Source: Luteibacter pinisoli (GTDB lineage: Bacteria > Pseudomonadota > Gammaproteobacteria > Xanthomonadales > Rhodanobacteraceae). Taken from it: a stretch of DNA of 24,000 nt. The first letter of the stretch is position 1, and every line of letters starts with the position of its first letter. Below, in pieces: positions 1 through 6,664 of this stretch. Made by a program: the position numbers and the translations under genes. The stretch lies in assembly GCF_006385595.1 (NCBI RefSeq), contig NZ_CP041046.1, forward strand, positions 4,402,186-4,426,185. The letters run 5' to 3'. The notes beneath the pieces are model-generated. The model did not search any database. It was not told the DNA's origin and saw only the letters and a program-made list of their open reading frames with translations.

Positions 1-239
1 TTCGGCTCGCCGCTATCCCTTGGCACCTCTTCGTAGGCGCCGCCTTTGTAATAGCCCTCTGAGACGACGCGATGCATGATGCGTCGCGCGTCGGCTGGGC
101 TCACTGGCGATGGTGTTGATGACGGGGGAAGCCCGTCGGCCTTGACGGGGCGAGTGAGAGAGATCCCCAGCATAAGAACGAGGGTGATCGCCCTTAAGGA
201 GCTCGCGACGAATGCAGCTTGTGCCTCATAACGTCCCAC
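1..239 (-). CDS. hypothetical exported or membrane-anchored protein, N-terminal fragment (continues past window start)
   Basis: Minus-strand frame is open from GTG at 239..237 to position 1. A GGGGGGA Shine-Dalgarno-like run lies about 7 nt upstream. My translation, VGRYEAQAAFVASSLRAITLVLMLGISLTRPVKADGLPPSSTPSP..., has a hydrophobic signal/anchor segment. It is absent from the ORF track because there is no stop in the window. It lies 66 nt downstream of the Sel1 gene on the same strand. Confidence 0.4.
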   Translation of the reverse strand, partial: MGRYEAQAAFVASSLRAITLVLMLGISLTRPVKADGLPPSSTPSPVSPADARRIMHRVVSEGYYKGGAYEEVPRDSGEP

Positions 240-305
240 CAACGCATCCCCCCGTATTCCACGATGTAGTCAGGCACCGAGAGGCCGATCGGGGCCAAGG
301 CGTCC

Positions 306-653
306 TCAGAGACCGAGGTCCACCAGCCTCTCGTCGGCCAACTCGTCTCCCCACGCCCTGGCCACCTTGAGCCAGTAGGTTCCCCAGCGCGCGTTACCCC
401 GGTTCAGATAGCTGATTCCGAGGTTGTACGCCGCATCGGGACTACCGCGCGCTATGGCCCGCCGATACCAGTACCTGGCCTTGTCGAAACTCGCACGCAC
501 CCCGTCACCATCGTCATAGATGTTGCCAAGGTTTGTCTGGGCTTCGAGATTGCCCATGCGGGCAGCACGTTGAAAGAGTCTGATCGACCTGGAACGGTCG
601 CCAGACTCAAACAACTCGCAGGCTTCCTCCAGAAGGAGGCGGTCCTTTGTCAC
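306..653 (-). CDS. Sel1-like repeat (SLR/TPR-class) protein
   Basis: Track ORF 306..719 contains Sel1-type repeats (EAQTNLGNIYDDGDGV..DKARYWYRRAI; DAAYNLGISYLNRGN). Its first 66 nt overlap the upstream hydrolase CDS. An in-frame GTG at 653..651 overlaps the hydrolase stop TGA (652..650) as GTGA, so I place the start there (116 aa). The start is uncertain. Confidence 0.7.
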   Translation of the reverse strand: MTKDRLLLEEACELFESGDRSRSIRLFQRAARMGNLEAQTNLGNIYDDGDGVRASFDKARYWYRRAIARGSPDAAYNLGISYLNRGNARWGTYWLKVARAWGDELADERLVDLGL

Positions 654-1591
654 GGCTTCGCGTCGATGAACTGCCGAATCGCCTTCACCGTCACAGCCGG
701 CGCTTCTTCCATCAGCCAATGTCCCGCACCCGGCACCACCAGCTCGGTGACGTTGGTCGCGGCATTGCGCATCACGATCGCTTCGTTCGGACCAAACGAC
801 TTCTCACCACCGATGGCGAGCACCGGCATCGTCAGCTTGTGGCTCGGCGCATCCTTGTTATCCACGGCATCCGTGCGAATCGCATGGAACTGGGCAAACG
901 CCGAGTGCATCGCACCAGGACGTGCATAGATCGCCGCGTAATGAGCGCGCGTGCCCTCATCGATCTTCGACGGTGTGCCGGCGAACTCGTTCCAGAAACG
1001 ATCGAGGTAGATGCGCTCACGGCCAGCGACCAGACGCTCCATGTCCGGGCCACCAAAGTCGAAGTGCCAGAGCAGCGGATTGCGAACGATCGTGTCCCAC
1101 GGCGGGATGCCCGGCACTGGCGCATCCATCACCACCAGCTTCACCGTCTTGTCCGGATAGCGGGCCGCATACGCATAGGCCACCATCGTGCCGATGTCGT
1201 GGCCGACGACGACCGACGTATCGATACCCAGCTTCGTCAGCACGGCGCGCATATCCGCCGCCTGGGTCTTCTTGTCGTAGCCACCCTCGGGATGCGAGGA
1301 AAGGCCCATGCCGCGAAGGTCCGGAATCACCACGGTGTGGTCTCGGGCCAGGTCGATGGCCAGCGGGGCCCACATGTCCCCGGTGTCGCCGAAACCGTGC
1401 AGCAACAGCACGCCCGGGCCCTTGCCGCCGACGCGAACGTGGAGCGTCGCGCCATCGGTCGCAATTTCCTGCGCATGGAAGGAAGTCGGCAGCGGAGTGA
1501 CATCCGCCAGGGCGGGGGAACTCGCCGCCACCAGAAGCGCGCCGGCCAGAAGCAGCCTCGATACACAATCCAGAACGTTCATACGTGCCAT
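650..1591 (-). CDS. secreted alpha/beta hydrolase, epoxide hydrolase/haloalkane dehalogenase-like (Asp nucleophile)
   Basis: 313-aa ORF with a Sec signal (LLLAGALLVAASSPALA|DV) and an HGFGD oxyanion-loop motif. The nucleophile elbow VVGHDIGTMVAY carries Asp rather than Ser. A GGGAG Shine-Dalgarno sequence lies about 8 nt upstream of ATG 1591. Confidence 0.88.
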   Translation of the reverse strand: MARMNVLDCVSRLLLAGALLVAASSPALADVTPLPTSFHAQEIATDGATLHVRVGGKGPGVLLLHGFGDTGDMWAPLAIDLARDHTVVIPDLRGMGLSSHPEGGYDKKTQAADMRAVLTKLGIDTSVVVGHDIGTMVAYAYAARYPDKTVKLVVMDAPVPGIPPWDTIVRNPLLWHFDFGGPDMERLVAGRERIYLDRFWNEFAGTPSKIDEGTRAHYAAIYARPGAMHSAFAQFHAIRTDAVDNKDAPSHKLTMPVLAIGGEKSFGPNEAIVMRNAATNVTELVVPGAGHWLMEEAPAVTVKAIRQFIDAKP

Positions 1592-1947
1592 GCCGACAAC
1601 TCCCAGAATGAGGCGGCGAGATACCGCCCGTAAATACAGGTTGCGACTTCAGACAACGAAAGACGTACGCGCACCCGCATCGAGACGTTCGAAGGTGTCG
1701 AAGGTCTTATGGGCAGGCTGTCCCCCAACCCGGGCAATGCTCCGAACCGGTCCGAATCGTCGGGCGGCATGGAGGCAACGCGGGTGGGGCGAGGATAGCC
1801 GCCGAACCGCGGTGTTGCCTACCCGGCACCTGTATCGAACCCGGGAAAGCGCGACAGGTTCGCAGGACAGCCCATTCACGACCGCGATGCGCCCCGTGGA
1901 CGCAGCTTCGTTAACTCTGGCGGCGTCCCCGCACCGGAGCCACCCGC

Positions 1948-2553
1948 ATGGCGCTCACCGCCCTCGGCCTGAACTGCACTCTCTCCGCTTCTCCCCATCC
2001 CTCCTCAAGCCAAAAGCTGCTTGATCAGCTGCTCGAAGGTTTGGGCAAACACGGTGTCACTGGCGACAGCGCACGCGTCGTCGATCTCAACATCAAACCC
2101 GGTGTTCGCCACGATGAAGGCGAAGGCGATGACTGGCCGGCGCTGCGCAAGCGCATGATGGCCGCGGACATCCTGGTGATGGTGACGCCCATCTGGATGG
2201 GCCAGCCGTCGAGCGTGGCCAAACGCGTCGTAGAACGGATGGACGCGATCCTCGGCGACATCGGGGATGACGGTCGCTACCCCACGTTTGGCAAGGTGGC
2301 CATTGTCGGCGTGGTGGGTAACGAGGATGGCGCCCACCATGTGACGGCCGAGATGTATCAGGCACTCGCGGATGTTGGCTTCACCATTCCCGCCGGCAGT
2401 TCGGCCTATTGGGTGGGCGAAGCCATGAGCGACAAGAACTATATCGACCTCAAGAAGACCCCTGAGGCCGTACTGAAAACCATCGCGACGCTAACGACCA
2501 ATGCCGCGCACCTGGCGAAGCTGCTCAAGGCGTCGAACTATCCCGCGCCCTGA
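1948..2553 (+). CDS. flavodoxin-like fold NAD(P)H-dependent FMN reductase family protein
   Basis: 201-aa ORF. The segments LNCTLSASP, ADILVMVTPIWMGQPSSVAKRVVERMD and VGVVGNEDGAHH are typical of the NADPH-dependent FMN reductase/flavodoxin family. GGAG lies 8 nt upstream of the ATG. Confidence 0.85.
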   Translation: MALTALGLNCTLSASPHPSSSQKLLDQLLEGLGKHGVTGDSARVVDLNIKPGVRHDEGEGDDWPALRKRMMAADILVMVTPIWMGQPSSVAKRVVERMDAILGDIGDDGRYPTFGKVAIVGVVGNEDGAHHVTAEMYQALADVGFTIPAGSSAYWVGEAMSDKNYIDLKKTPEAVLKTIATLTTNAAHLAKLLKASNYPAP

Positions 2554-2562
2554 ACCAGGGGC

Positions 2563-2841
2563 TTAGCCCTTGGCGCCATCCTTCGCACTCATCGGAATCA
2601 CCGAACGGTCGGCCTCGGCTCGACGAGCCGGCGCTGGCCGCGGTGACGAAGGCGCCGTGCGCCCCAACGTGATGTTCTTCGACGCCCGCACTTCCCGGTT
2701 CGAGAACGTCCAGATCTCGCCGGTGTCGGTGATGAACACCGTCCAGTAGAGATCGGACTCCGGGCCGTAGTCGATCAGGAAATGGGCGAAGCCCTCCCCC
2801 TTGGGGGTGTTCAGGGGCAGTGGCGGGTTGAGTTGCAGCAT
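2563..2841 (-). CDS. small conserved hypothetical protein (92 aa)
   Basis: ORF with a GAGGG Shine-Dalgarno sequence about 9 nt upstream. It has a compact N-terminal domain (GFAHFLIDYGPESDLYWTVFITDTGEIWTFSNREVRASKNITLGR) followed by a Pro/Ala/Arg-rich tail. It sits on the same strand 122 nt downstream of the CLC-F gene, with no obvious terminator between them. I recognise no characterised family. Confidence 0.65.
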   Translation of the reverse strand: MLQLNPPLPLNTPKGEGFAHFLIDYGPESDLYWTVFITDTGEIWTFSNREVRASKNITLGRTAPSSPRPAPARRAEADRSVIPMSAKDGAKG

Positions 2842-2963
2842 GCGGGGCGCCCTCGGTAGTTGGCGCTAGATTCCCTGCGGGATCTTCAAGGCCGGGTGCT
2901 TTGGGCGTGATGGTCGCGTTGATGAAGGTCGGCCAGCCGCATGTCCGCCGGGAGGTGGCGCAC

Positions 2964-4184
2964 TTACTTGGCGTGCCCCAGCCGCTGCGCGTGGTAAATC
3001 CCCGCATGGCCGGAGAACATGTAGCTCGCTACGCAGGCGATCGCCGCGAACGGCGCGATGGCCGGGCCAAACAGTTCGATGGCCATCACCGTGCAGGCCA
3101 GCGGCACGTTGGCGGCTCCCGCGAAGACGGCCACGAACCCCAACCCCGCCAACATCGGCACGGGAAGACTAAGCAGCGGCGCCAAGGCATTACCCAACGT
3201 CGCGCCGATGAAGAACAACGGCGTCACCTCACCCCCCTTGAAGCCCGACCCAAGCGACGCGACGGTGTATGCGAACTTCCCCGCGAAGTCCCACGGCGCC
3301 AGCGGATGCTGGAACGCGGCGACGATGGTAGGAATGCCGAGGCCGATGTAGCGCTCGGTAGACAGCAACATCACGGAAACCGCGATAACCGAACCGCCCA
3401 CCACCGGCCGCAGCGGCGCATAGGTGATCCAGCGCTTCATCAACCCGCCGACGGCGTGGGTGGCTTTCGCGAACAGCAGCCCGACCAGGCCGAAGGCGAA
3501 GCCCGCCACGATCACCGTAAGCACGGTACGAAACGTCACCGCAGTGACAAACGGCACCACGTAAAGCGTGTGATGAATCCCCCACGCGATGCACACCCGA
3601 TCCGCCACGATGCCCGCGATGACACACGGAAACAGCGCGTCATAGCGCATGCGCCCGATCGCCAGCACCTCAAGCCCGAACAACGCACCCGCCAGCGGCG
3701 TCCCGAACACCGCGGCAAAGCCCGCACTCATCCCCACCATCAGCACGATGCGCCGGTCGGCGTGCTTCAACCGAAAAACCCCGGTGAGCTGATCGGCGAG
3801 CGCCGCACCCATCTGCACCGCCGTCCCTTCGCGCCCCACCGAGGCGCCGAACAGGTGGGACATCACGGTACCAATAAACACCAGCGGCACCATGCGCCGC
3901 GGGATCACCTTCTTCGGGTCGTGGATCTCGTCGATGATGAGGTTGTTGCCGGCTTCCACCGGCTTGCCCACGCTGTCGTACGCCCAGCCCACCACGAAGC
4001 CGGCCACGGGCAGCAGCCAGATCATCCAGGGCTGTGCTTCACGCGTCGCCGTCGCCCACTCAAGGGCCGCAAGGAAGAAGGCGGAGGCGGAGCCGGCCAG
4101 AACGGCAGCGGCAGAACTGATAACCAGCCATTTGCCCATATAGGCCAATAGCTCGGTCTGTTCGAGGGTACGAAGGCGACGCAT
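2964..4184 (-). CDS. CLC-F type fluoride/proton antiporter (EriC-F clade of the CLC channel family)
   Basis: 406-aa polytopic ORF with a CLC architecture. It carries the motifs GNNLI, GREGT and GGEVTP. As I recall, these replace the canonical GSGIP, GK/REGP and GxFxP motifs in the fluoride-specific CLC-F clade. A fluoride riboswitch lies directly upstream. Confidence 0.9.
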   Translation of the reverse strand: MRRLRTLEQTELLAYMGKWLVISSAAAVLAGSASAFFLAALEWATATREAQPWMIWLLPVAGFVVGWAYDSVGKPVEAGNNLIIDEIHDPKKVIPRRMVPLVFIGTVMSHLFGASVGREGTAVQMGAALADQLTGVFRLKHADRRIVLMVGMSAGFAAVFGTPLAGALFGLEVLAIGRMRYDALFPCVIAGIVADRVCIAWGIHHTLYVVPFVTAVTFRTVLTVIVAGFAFGLVGLLFAKATHAVGGLMKRWITYAPLRPVVGGSVIAVSVMLLSTERYIGLGIPTIVAAFQHPLAPWDFAGKFAYTVASLGSGFKGGEVTPLFFIGATLGNALAPLLSLPVPMLAGLGFVAVFAGAANVPLACTVMAIELFGPAIAPFAAIACVASYMFSGHAGIYHAQRLGHAK

Positions 4185-4227
4185 GGGGGTTCCAGTAGAG
4201 GTGGTTCACCACCTGGAATCCGGAAGG

Positions 4228-4274
4228 CTAAAACACAAATGCCTACGCCCCCGGAACCCAGGATACGTAGGCAT
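4228..4274 (-). terminator. intrinsic terminator forming the expression platform of the fluoride riboswitch
   Basis: On the minus strand, AUGCCUACG (4274..4266) pairs perfectly with CGUAGGCAU (4247..4239). This is followed by UUGUGUUUUAG (4238..4228). The 5' arm is shared with the 3' end of the aptamer. Confidence 0.75.
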
Positions 4275-4313
4275 CATCAGCCCGAAGGCGGTTCGCGGAG
4301 GCATGCCATCTCC
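4266..4313 (-). promoter_or_regulatory. fluoride riboswitch aptamer (crcB RNA motif)
   Basis: The minus strand reads GGAGAUGGCAUGCCUCCGCGAACCGCCUUCGGGCUGAUGAUGCCUACG. It matches the conserved layout GGnGAUGGnnnnCCnCC ... AACCGCC-loop-GGCUGAUGAUGCCUAC. GGCAU and AUGCC can form the pseudoknot. It sits in the 5' leader of a CLC-F gene. Confidence 0.9.
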
Positions 4314-4322
4314 GTGGGGCTG

Positions 4323-4352
4323 AGTGTAATCGGAGGTCGCGCGAGGCGTCAA
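4323..4352 (-). promoter_or_regulatory. putative sigma70 promoter for the riboswitch/CLC-F transcript
   Basis: Minus strand has TTGACG (4352..4347), an 18-nt spacer, then TACACT (4328..4323). The aptamer begins about 10 nt downstream of the -10 element, which is the expected position for a riboswitch at the transcript 5' end. Confidence 0.4.
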
Positions 4353-4474
4353 AGCAGCCTCAGGGTGAGCGGTGGCGTCCCTTGCCTGGTGACGCATGCG
4401 ACACACGCGCATCACGTAGCAGGCTCGTAGTCTCGGCGAGGTAGCACCCACCTTCCCCAGAAGGAGCCACCCCG

Positions 4475-4981
4475 ATGCCCGACAAAAAAACCACCGCCCG
4501 CGCCGCCCGCGACAAACGCGAAGGCAAGTCCGCCTCCACCCAGGCCGGTGAATTCGTCCGCGAAGAGATCGACCACATCCGCGAAGGCAAGCACGGCGCC
4601 CGCTCCGCGAAGCAGGCAATCGCGATTGGCCTCTCGAAAGCGCGCCGCGCCGGCGTAAAGGCTCCCGTCGCCAAGACGGCAAGCAAGGCCACGAAGAAGA
4701 AAGCCGCACAGGACACGGCGGCGTCGAAGAAGCGGACGGCAGGAACTGCAACGAAGAAATCGGCGACGCGCAAACGCGCTTCGACCAAGGCCCTGAAGCG
4801 CGAGGGCACGGCCGCCGCTTCCAAGAAGGCCTTGTCGACCCAGGCCCGCAAGAGCGCCGCGAAGCGGACGTCGGCCAGCAAGTCAGCCGCGGCGAAGAAG
4901 GCAGCGCACACCAAGGGTGCCGCAGGCCGCAAGACGGCGGCGAAGAAGGCCGCCCGTACACGGGCTCGCAAGGCCTCCTAG
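4475..4981 (+). CDS. DUF6496-like small basic protein with a Lys/Ala-rich histone H1/AlgP-like C-terminal tail
   Basis: 168-aa ORF with a GAAGGAG Shine-Dalgarno sequence 8-9 nt upstream. The N-terminal 60 aa (KREGKSASTQAGEFVREEIDHIREGKHGARSAKQAIAIGLSKARRAGV) match what I recall of the DUF6496 family. The remaining ~105 aa are low-complexity A/K/T/S/R repeats (AAKKAA, TKKKAA). Confidence 0.8.
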   Translation: MPDKKTTARAARDKREGKSASTQAGEFVREEIDHIREGKHGARSAKQAIAIGLSKARRAGVKAPVAKTASKATKKKAAQDTAASKKRTAGTATKKSATRKRASTKALKREGTAAASKKALSTQARKSAAKRTSASKSAAAKKAAHTKGAAGRKTAAKKAARTRARKAS

Positions 4982-5016
4982 AACGCACCTGCCCTCAGGT
5001 ATGCCACGAACGCAAA

Positions 5017-5052
5017 GGGCCGGGGTCGCAGTGACCCCGGCCCTTCGTTTTT
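5017..5052. terminator. bidirectional rho-independent terminator between convergent genes
   Basis: GGGCCGGGGTC (5017-5027) pairs perfectly with GACCCCGGCCC (5033-5043) around a 5-nt loop. TTCGTTTTT follows on the plus strand and TTTGCGTTC on the minus strand. It lies between the stops at 4981 (+) and 5069 (-). Confidence 0.85.
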
Positions 5053-5068
5053 CCAGGCGCGACGCGAC

Positions 5069-5956
5069 TTACCAGGAGTTGTCGTCGAACGAACCGCTAT
5101 CGTCGGACGACGAGTTGCTGTCATCCCACGAGCTGTCGTTGTTGCCCATGTCGATGGGGTCGTTGCGCAGGTCGTTGTACGCATCGCCGGACGGGTCGCG
5201 CTGATCGGCGCCACCGCTACCGCCACCGCCATTGAGGAAGTTGCTGTCGCGGTTCACGTCGTTCTGGTTGTGCGAGCGCAGGGCTTCATCGAGCAGCACA
5301 CCGGCGGCCAGGCCACCGACGCCGGCGGCGATGGTCGAGCCCATGCCCGAGGACGGCGGCGGGGCGTAGCCCGGGTAGCCGCTGGGGCCGCCGTACGGCG
5401 CGCCCGGTGCCGGCGGCGGTACCGAGCCATAGCCGGGGAAGGCGTTGTTCTGGGCGGCGCGGCGGCGCGACCAGATAAACGCAATGACGCCGACGACCAC
5501 GACGATCAATAACAGGCTGCCGAAGCCGAAGCCGCCGCGTTCGCGCTCGCCTTCACGCACGCCGGCGGCCGGCGCGCCCACCACGGGCGCGTCCACCGAG
5601 CGCAGCGGCGTGCTGGACGAGCGGCTCACCGGGGCCGGCGCGAGCGCCTGGTTCAGCTTCTGCTGGAAGGACTGGAACTTGGCCGGGTCCGTGAAGTGGG
5701 TGGCCGGATCCAGCGTGGCCGCCTTGTTGGCTTCGGCCTTGGCTTCACCGATGTTGCCTTCGTGCGCGAGCACTTCGGCCAGGATGTAGTGGGCCTTGGC
5801 ACTTTGCGGGTGCTCGGACACGGCCTGGCGCAGGGCGGCCTCCGCGGCGGGGTAATTCCCCTGGGCGATAAGCGCCTGCACATCCTTCGGCGAATCGGCG
5901 GCGCTGGCCACCGAGGCGGCAACCAGCAGGATCAGGGCGAGCAGCAGCTTTTGCAT
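5069..5956 (-). CDS. TPR-repeat membrane protein with a Pro/Gly-rich and acidic Asp/Ser/Asn-rich C-terminal region
   Basis: The track ORF extends to 6022. I start at the internal ATG 5956, which gives a clean signal peptide (MQKLLLALILLVAASVASA|AD). This is followed by a TPR region (GNYPAAEAALRQAV..AKAHYILAEVLAHEGNIGEAKAE). Next come a TM helix (LLLIVVVVGVIAFIW), a PG-rich stretch, a glycine-zipper-like segment and a DSSWDDSNSSSDDSGSFDDNSW tail. Confidence 0.75.
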   Translation of the reverse strand: MQKLLLALILLVAASVASAADSPKDVQALIAQGNYPAAEAALRQAVSEHPQSAKAHYILAEVLAHEGNIGEAKAEANKAATLDPATHFTDPAKFQSFQQKLNQALAPAPVSRSSSTPLRSVDAPVVGAPAAGVREGERERGGFGFGSLLLIVVVVGVIAFIWSRRRAAQNNAFPGYGSVPPPAPGAPYGGPSGYPGYAPPPSSGMGSTIAAGVGGLAAGVLLDEALRSHNQNDVNRDSNFLNGGGGSGGADQRDPSGDAYNDLRNDPIDMGNNDSSWDDSNSSSDDSGSFDDNSW

Positions 5957-6186
5957 GACGTTCTTCCGGGGTACCAGTGGGGTGTGACTTTGGGGCGACG
6001 CGGCCCCGGCTTCAAGGGACATGTGTCACCCGTCAGGGTGGCAAGAACTTGCGGTTCAGCCTGTGAGCCCTGTCGCCCTTTCACTCGACGTCGTGCTCAC
6101 GTGTTCGCAAACCCTCACGAGCCGCACACCCCCGTCACTGGATCACTGAAAGGCTAGCGTCTCCCAGCCGCCGCCAGGAACCACCC

Positions 6187-6654
6187 ATGGATGCCATCGC
6201 GCTTCTCAAGCAAGACCATAAACTCGTGAAAGATCTTCTCGAGCAACTCGCCGAATCCACCACCCGCGCCGTCAAGAAACGTGGCGATCTTCTCCGTCAG
6301 ATCCACGCCAACCTCAAGGCCCACACCACCATTGAGGAAGAGATCTTCTATCCGGCGTTCAAGGCCGCGGGGAAGAAGGAAGAAGAGAAGATGTATTTCG
6401 AGGCGCTGGAGGAGCATCGCGCCGCGGAGGATCTCGTCCTGCCCGACCTCATGAAAACCAACCCGGCGACCGAGCAGTTCTCGGGCCGCGCCAAGGTGCT
6501 GAAGGAACTCATCGAGCACCACATCGAGGAAGAAGAGCAGGAGATGTTCAAGGACGCGAAAAAGCTGCTGAGCAGGGCAGAGCTCAATGAGCTTGGCGCG
6601 CAGATGGAAGCCCGCAAGGCTCAGCTACTGACGAAACTGAAGGCTGCCGCCTGA
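6187..6654 (+). CDS. hemerythrin (HHE cation-binding) domain protein
   Basis: 155-aa ORF. It has LLKQDHKLVKDL, EEEIFYPAF, LEEHRAAE and LIEHHIEEEEQEMF His/Glu motifs, spaced as in hemerythrin-like four-helix bundles. Confidence 0.85.
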   Translation: MDAIALLKQDHKLVKDLLEQLAESTTRAVKKRGDLLRQIHANLKAHTTIEEEIFYPAFKAAGKKEEEKMYFEALEEHRAAEDLVLPDLMKTNPATEQFSGRAKVLKELIEHHIEEEEQEMFKDAKKLLSRAELNELGAQMEARKAQLLTKLKAAA

Positions 6655-6664
6655 CACCGCGCCT

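Noticed and set aside
647-1633. 328-aa plus-strand ORF
   Set aside because: It is antisense to the alpha/beta hydrolase, which has clear motifs and a signal peptide. Its Arg/His-rich composition has no recognisable domain.
1830-1850. tRNA-like T-loop sequence (minus strand CCCGGGTTCGATAC)
   Set aside because: A GGTTCGA-like string is present. However, no 5-bp T-stem, acceptor stem, anticodon arm or D-arm can be built around it, so it is not a tRNA or an obvious tRNA fragment.
2901-4151. 416-aa plus-strand ORF
   Set aside because: It lies entirely antisense to the well-supported CLC-F gene. The translation is Arg/His/Gln/Pro-rich low complexity with no motifs, a typical high-GC antisense artefact.
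4206-4988. 260-aa and 203-aa minus-strand ORFs (4206..4988, 4360..4971) and a 63-aa plus-strand ORF (4239..4430)
   Set aside because: The minus-strand ORFs are antisense to the Lys/Ala-rich protein gene, because GC-rich repetitive codons stay open on the opposite strand. The 63-aa ORF overlaps the fluoride riboswitch and its terminator, which explain this sequence better.
5957-6022. N-terminal extensions of track ORFs (also 654-719, 10982-11182, 17727-17789, 17794-17910, 21889-22059)
   Set aside because: In each case an internal start gives a proper signal peptide or domain start, has a better Shine-Dalgarno sequence, and removes overlap with the neighbouring gene or promoter region. The extensions are Arg/Pro-rich and look non-coding. 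The exact starts remain unverified.
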